A DNA stretch of 64,000 nt from an uncultured Clostridium sp. (lineage in GTDB: Bacteria; Bacillota; Clostridia; Christensenellales; CAG-138): assembly GCA_964612925.1 (NCBI GenBank), contig CAZTFU010000003.1, forward strand, positions 23,425 through 87,424, in the 5' to 3' direction. Of the stretch, positions 62,140 to 64,000 are shown in pieces. Under the pieces are notes generated by a model. The model searched no databases. It was not told where the DNA came from and was given only the letters and a program-made list of their open reading frames with translations. The translations under genes were made by a program, and so were the position numbers. The stretch's first letter is position 1; the number at the start of each line of letters is the position of its first letter.

Positions 62140-62559
62140 ATGAAAAAGTTTCTTAACGAATTCAAGGCATTTGCCGTAAAGGGCAACGCGATGGATCTTG
62201 CCGTGGGCATGATGATAGGCGCGGCGTTCACAAGCATAGTCAATTCGCTTGTGAACAACCTTATCTCCCCGCTTATAGGTCTGCTTGTGAAGGTCGATTT
62301 TTCCGATCTTGTTTTCACGATTCAGGGCGTTGACGTGCAGTACGGCGCATTCATAATGGCGGTTATAAACTTTGTTATTGTTGCGCTTGTGCTTTTCATT
62401 TTGGTAAAGGCGATGAACGCGCTAAAGAGCATCGGCAAAAGAAACGAGGAACCGTCCGCACCCACCGCGCCCACAACAAAGGTGTGCCAGTTCTGCAAGA
62501 GTGAAATAGCGATAGATGCTACCCGCTGTCCGCACTGCACAAGCGAACTTGGCGAATAA
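62140..62559 (+). CDS. mscL: Large-conductance mechanosensitive channel with a C-terminal zinc-ribbon extension
   Basis: MKKFLNEFKAFAVKGNAMDLAVGMMIGAAF ... plus tail CQFCKSEIAIDATRCPHC. Confidence 0.85.
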   Translation: MKKFLNEFKAFAVKGNAMDLAVGMMIGAAFTSIVNSLVNNLISPLIGLLVKVDFSDLVFTIQGVDVQYGAFIMAVINFVIVALVLFILVKAMNALKSIGKRNEEPSAPTAPTTKVCQFCKSEIAIDATRCPHCTSELGE

Positions 62560-62612
62560 GTCTTTTCGTGCCGCATGAGGCCATGTATATAAATATGTAA
62601 GGAGGAATGCAC

Positions 62613-63203
62613 ATGACAGAGCTTTTTGATATACTCGGTCGGTTTTTTGAAGGAACCACGCTTATAGTTTACATCTGCATATTTGCGGGCAAAATACTCG
62701 AAGTTTCGCTTTGCACATTAAGAATAGTGCTTATAAACCGCGGTGAACGCCTTATAGGCGCACTGCTTGCGCTTGTTGAAATAACGCTTTGGCTGATAAT
62801 CGCGGGCAACGTTTTAAGCAATTACCAAAGCGACCCGTGGAAGATGGTCGCATACGCGCTTGCCTATTCATTGGGCAATTACGCGGGAAGCTGGCTTGAA
62901 GAGCGGCTTGCGTTCGGCCTTTGCTCCATACAGTGCGTTGTTATGGATGCCGAAACCGCGGACAGAATAGGCGATGCATTGCGCTCCCACGGATTCGGTT
63001 TAAGTGAAATGAAGGTTCAAGGTCGCGACGATACGGATCGTTATATGCTCATATCGACCCTTCGCCGCAAGCTTGCACCCGAGGCCATGGAAATAATAAA
63101 CTCGGCCGCGCCCAACGCCGTGATAACCGTAAGCGATGTTAAAAGTCAGCGCGGCGGCTACATGCGCCAATCATCGGGCCGCCGTTCAAGAAACGGCAAA
63201 TAA
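62613..63203 (+). CDS. UPF0316 (DUF5698/DUF2179) membrane protein
   Basis: Three N-terminal TMs plus a C-terminal soluble domain. Family assigned from memory of YebE-like proteins. Confidence 0.55.
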   Translation: MTELFDILGRFFEGTTLIVYICIFAGKILEVSLCTLRIVLINRGERLIGALLALVEITLWLIIAGNVLSNYQSDPWKMVAYALAYSLGNYAGSWLEERLAFGLCSIQCVVMDAETADRIGDALRSHGFGLSEMKVQGRDDTDRYMLISTLRRKLAPEAMEIINSAAPNAVITVSDVKSQRGGYMRQSSGRRSRNGK

Positions 63204-63328
63204 GCAACGCCGTACTTTCACCCTCCTCCGCATTCCTTTATGCGGGGGAGTATTTTATATTGTGCTTCCACTAATGCTTTTATGTGGTGTATAATAAGCT
63301 ATATTCTCATACAGTCGGAGGAAACGTT

Positions 63329-64000
63329 ATGTCGGAATATATGTGTGACGCAAGGCAGAATTCGCCGCTTCGCATATGTGCATCTTCGCCCACGGTATCG
63401 GTAGGCGATGCTGATGCAAACGCCGAGGCCGCAATAGTCGCAATACGCCGTGCACAGGCAATAAATGCGGATTTTCTCGTCCTGCCCGAGCTGTTCCTTT
63501 CAGGCGCAACGATAGGGTCTCTTGCGTACCATAAAAGTATAATTACATCCTGTAAAGAGGCACTGAAAAGGGTTGCCGAATCCACCCGACGCACCGATAT
63601 TACGGTAAGCATCGGCCTTCCGTATGAGATAGACAATACGGTAAAAAGCTGCATTGCGCTCCTGCGCCGCGGCCGAGTGGCGGCCATTATACCCGCGGCG
63701 ATTCATGCGTCAAACCCGTTCGGATTTGTGCCGAGCGTTGAACGCAGCCGCTGTGCGCACAATGCATTAACTCCCGTTTCCATGGTGGATGTGGGCTTTG
63801 CCGAGGATATTTTTTCGGTGAATGATGCACATAGCGGATATGTGATGCTGCTTAGCGGTTCACTCAACGCTACGGCAAAAAGCTATGATATGGTAAGAAA
63901 TGCACTATCTTCATACAGTGCAAGAACAGGGTGTGCCGCCGCAATGGCGCTGAGTGGGCGCGGAGAAAGCAGCAGTTCCTTCGTTTTTGACGGGTACTGT
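63329..64000 (+). CDS. nadE: Glutamine-dependent NAD+ synthetase, N-terminal CN-hydrolase domain (3' end beyond the window)
   Basis: Own translation, open for 224 codons to the window end: MSEYMCDARQNSPLRICASSPTVSVGDADANAEAAIVAIRRAQAINADFLVLPELFLSGATIGSL. RBS GGAGGAAA. Absent from the ORF track because it has no stop in the window. Confidence 0.6.
   Translation, partial: MSEYMCDARQNSPLRICASSPTVSVGDADANAEAAIVAIRRAQAINADFLVLPELFLSGATIGSLAYHKSIITSCKEALKRVAESTRRTDITVSIGLPYEIDNTVKSCIALLRRGRVAAIIPAAIHASNPFGFVPSVERSRCAHNALTPVSMVDVGFAEDIFSVNDAHSGYVMLLSGSLNATAKSYDMVRNALSSYSARTGCAAAMALSGRGESSSSFVFDGYC

Noticed and set aside
1-64000. tRNA, rRNA, tmRNA, group II intron, IS element with transposase, CRISPR-cas
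   Set aside because: No cloverleaf-like or rRNA-like sequence was noticed while reading both strands. No transposase or Cas-like ORF was seen, and no regularly spaced identical repeats were seen.

Overview
64-kb chromosomal window, about 50% GC, from a spore-forming Firmicute of class Clostridia (spo0A, butyrate kinase and class-3 FBPase are present; I cannot assign a lower taxon by eye). No searches or computations were run. All calls rest on reading the ORF track and the DNA, and repeat and hairpin coordinates are approximate (+/-5 nt).

The backbone is ordinary housekeeping: gpmI-tpiA-pgk, RimK-like ligase, fbp, hpt-tilS, ychF, a polar amino-acid ABC importer, VanW, an aminotransferase, anmK, ppiB, buk, pnp, copA, MarR plus a heterodimeric ABC exporter, spo0A, an ABC-F ATPase, an NlpC/P60 hydrolase, mscL and nadE. 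No rRNA, tRNA or CRISPR array was seen.

Five things are embedded in this backbone:

1. The main candidate for a novel system is a 15.5-kb minus-strand array (29.8-45.3 kb), with an outlying pair at 10.1-13.1 kb. It contains only three co-amplified uncharacterised families. There are four orphan FtsX/MacB-type permeases with very large ectodomains and no adjacent ATPase. There are ten lipoproteins built from a repeated Cys/His module (W-K-V...T-Y-S-K-x-x-C-x-H). There are five exported Cys-rich proteins of about 100 aa that carry a CxxC-decorated version of the same module. The small genes have their own sigma-A promoters, structured leaders of about 150 nt and terminators. Promoter, leader and signal peptide are 97-100% identical between paralogues while the mature parts have diverged. 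Several perfect-identity tracts point to ongoing gene conversion.

2. A RepA/AAA_25-like ATPase gene is bracketed by 128-bp iteron-rich inverted repeats (22.7-24.4 kb). A solo repeat copy lies at 19.6 kb.

3. A 2.5-kb low-GC island (54.6-57.1 kb) is flanked by a duplicated terminator hairpin. It carries XRE, ImmA, DUF4417 and a toxin/immunity-like overlapping gene pair. A DnaA-box cluster sits next to it.

4. A family of dispersed, hairpin-rich intergenic repeats occurs at 3.1-3.9, 13.1-13.6, 16.3, 19.7-20.0 and 29.6-29.8 kb. Its hairpins keep their position and pairing while changing sequence.

5. A lipoprotein-anchored serpin.
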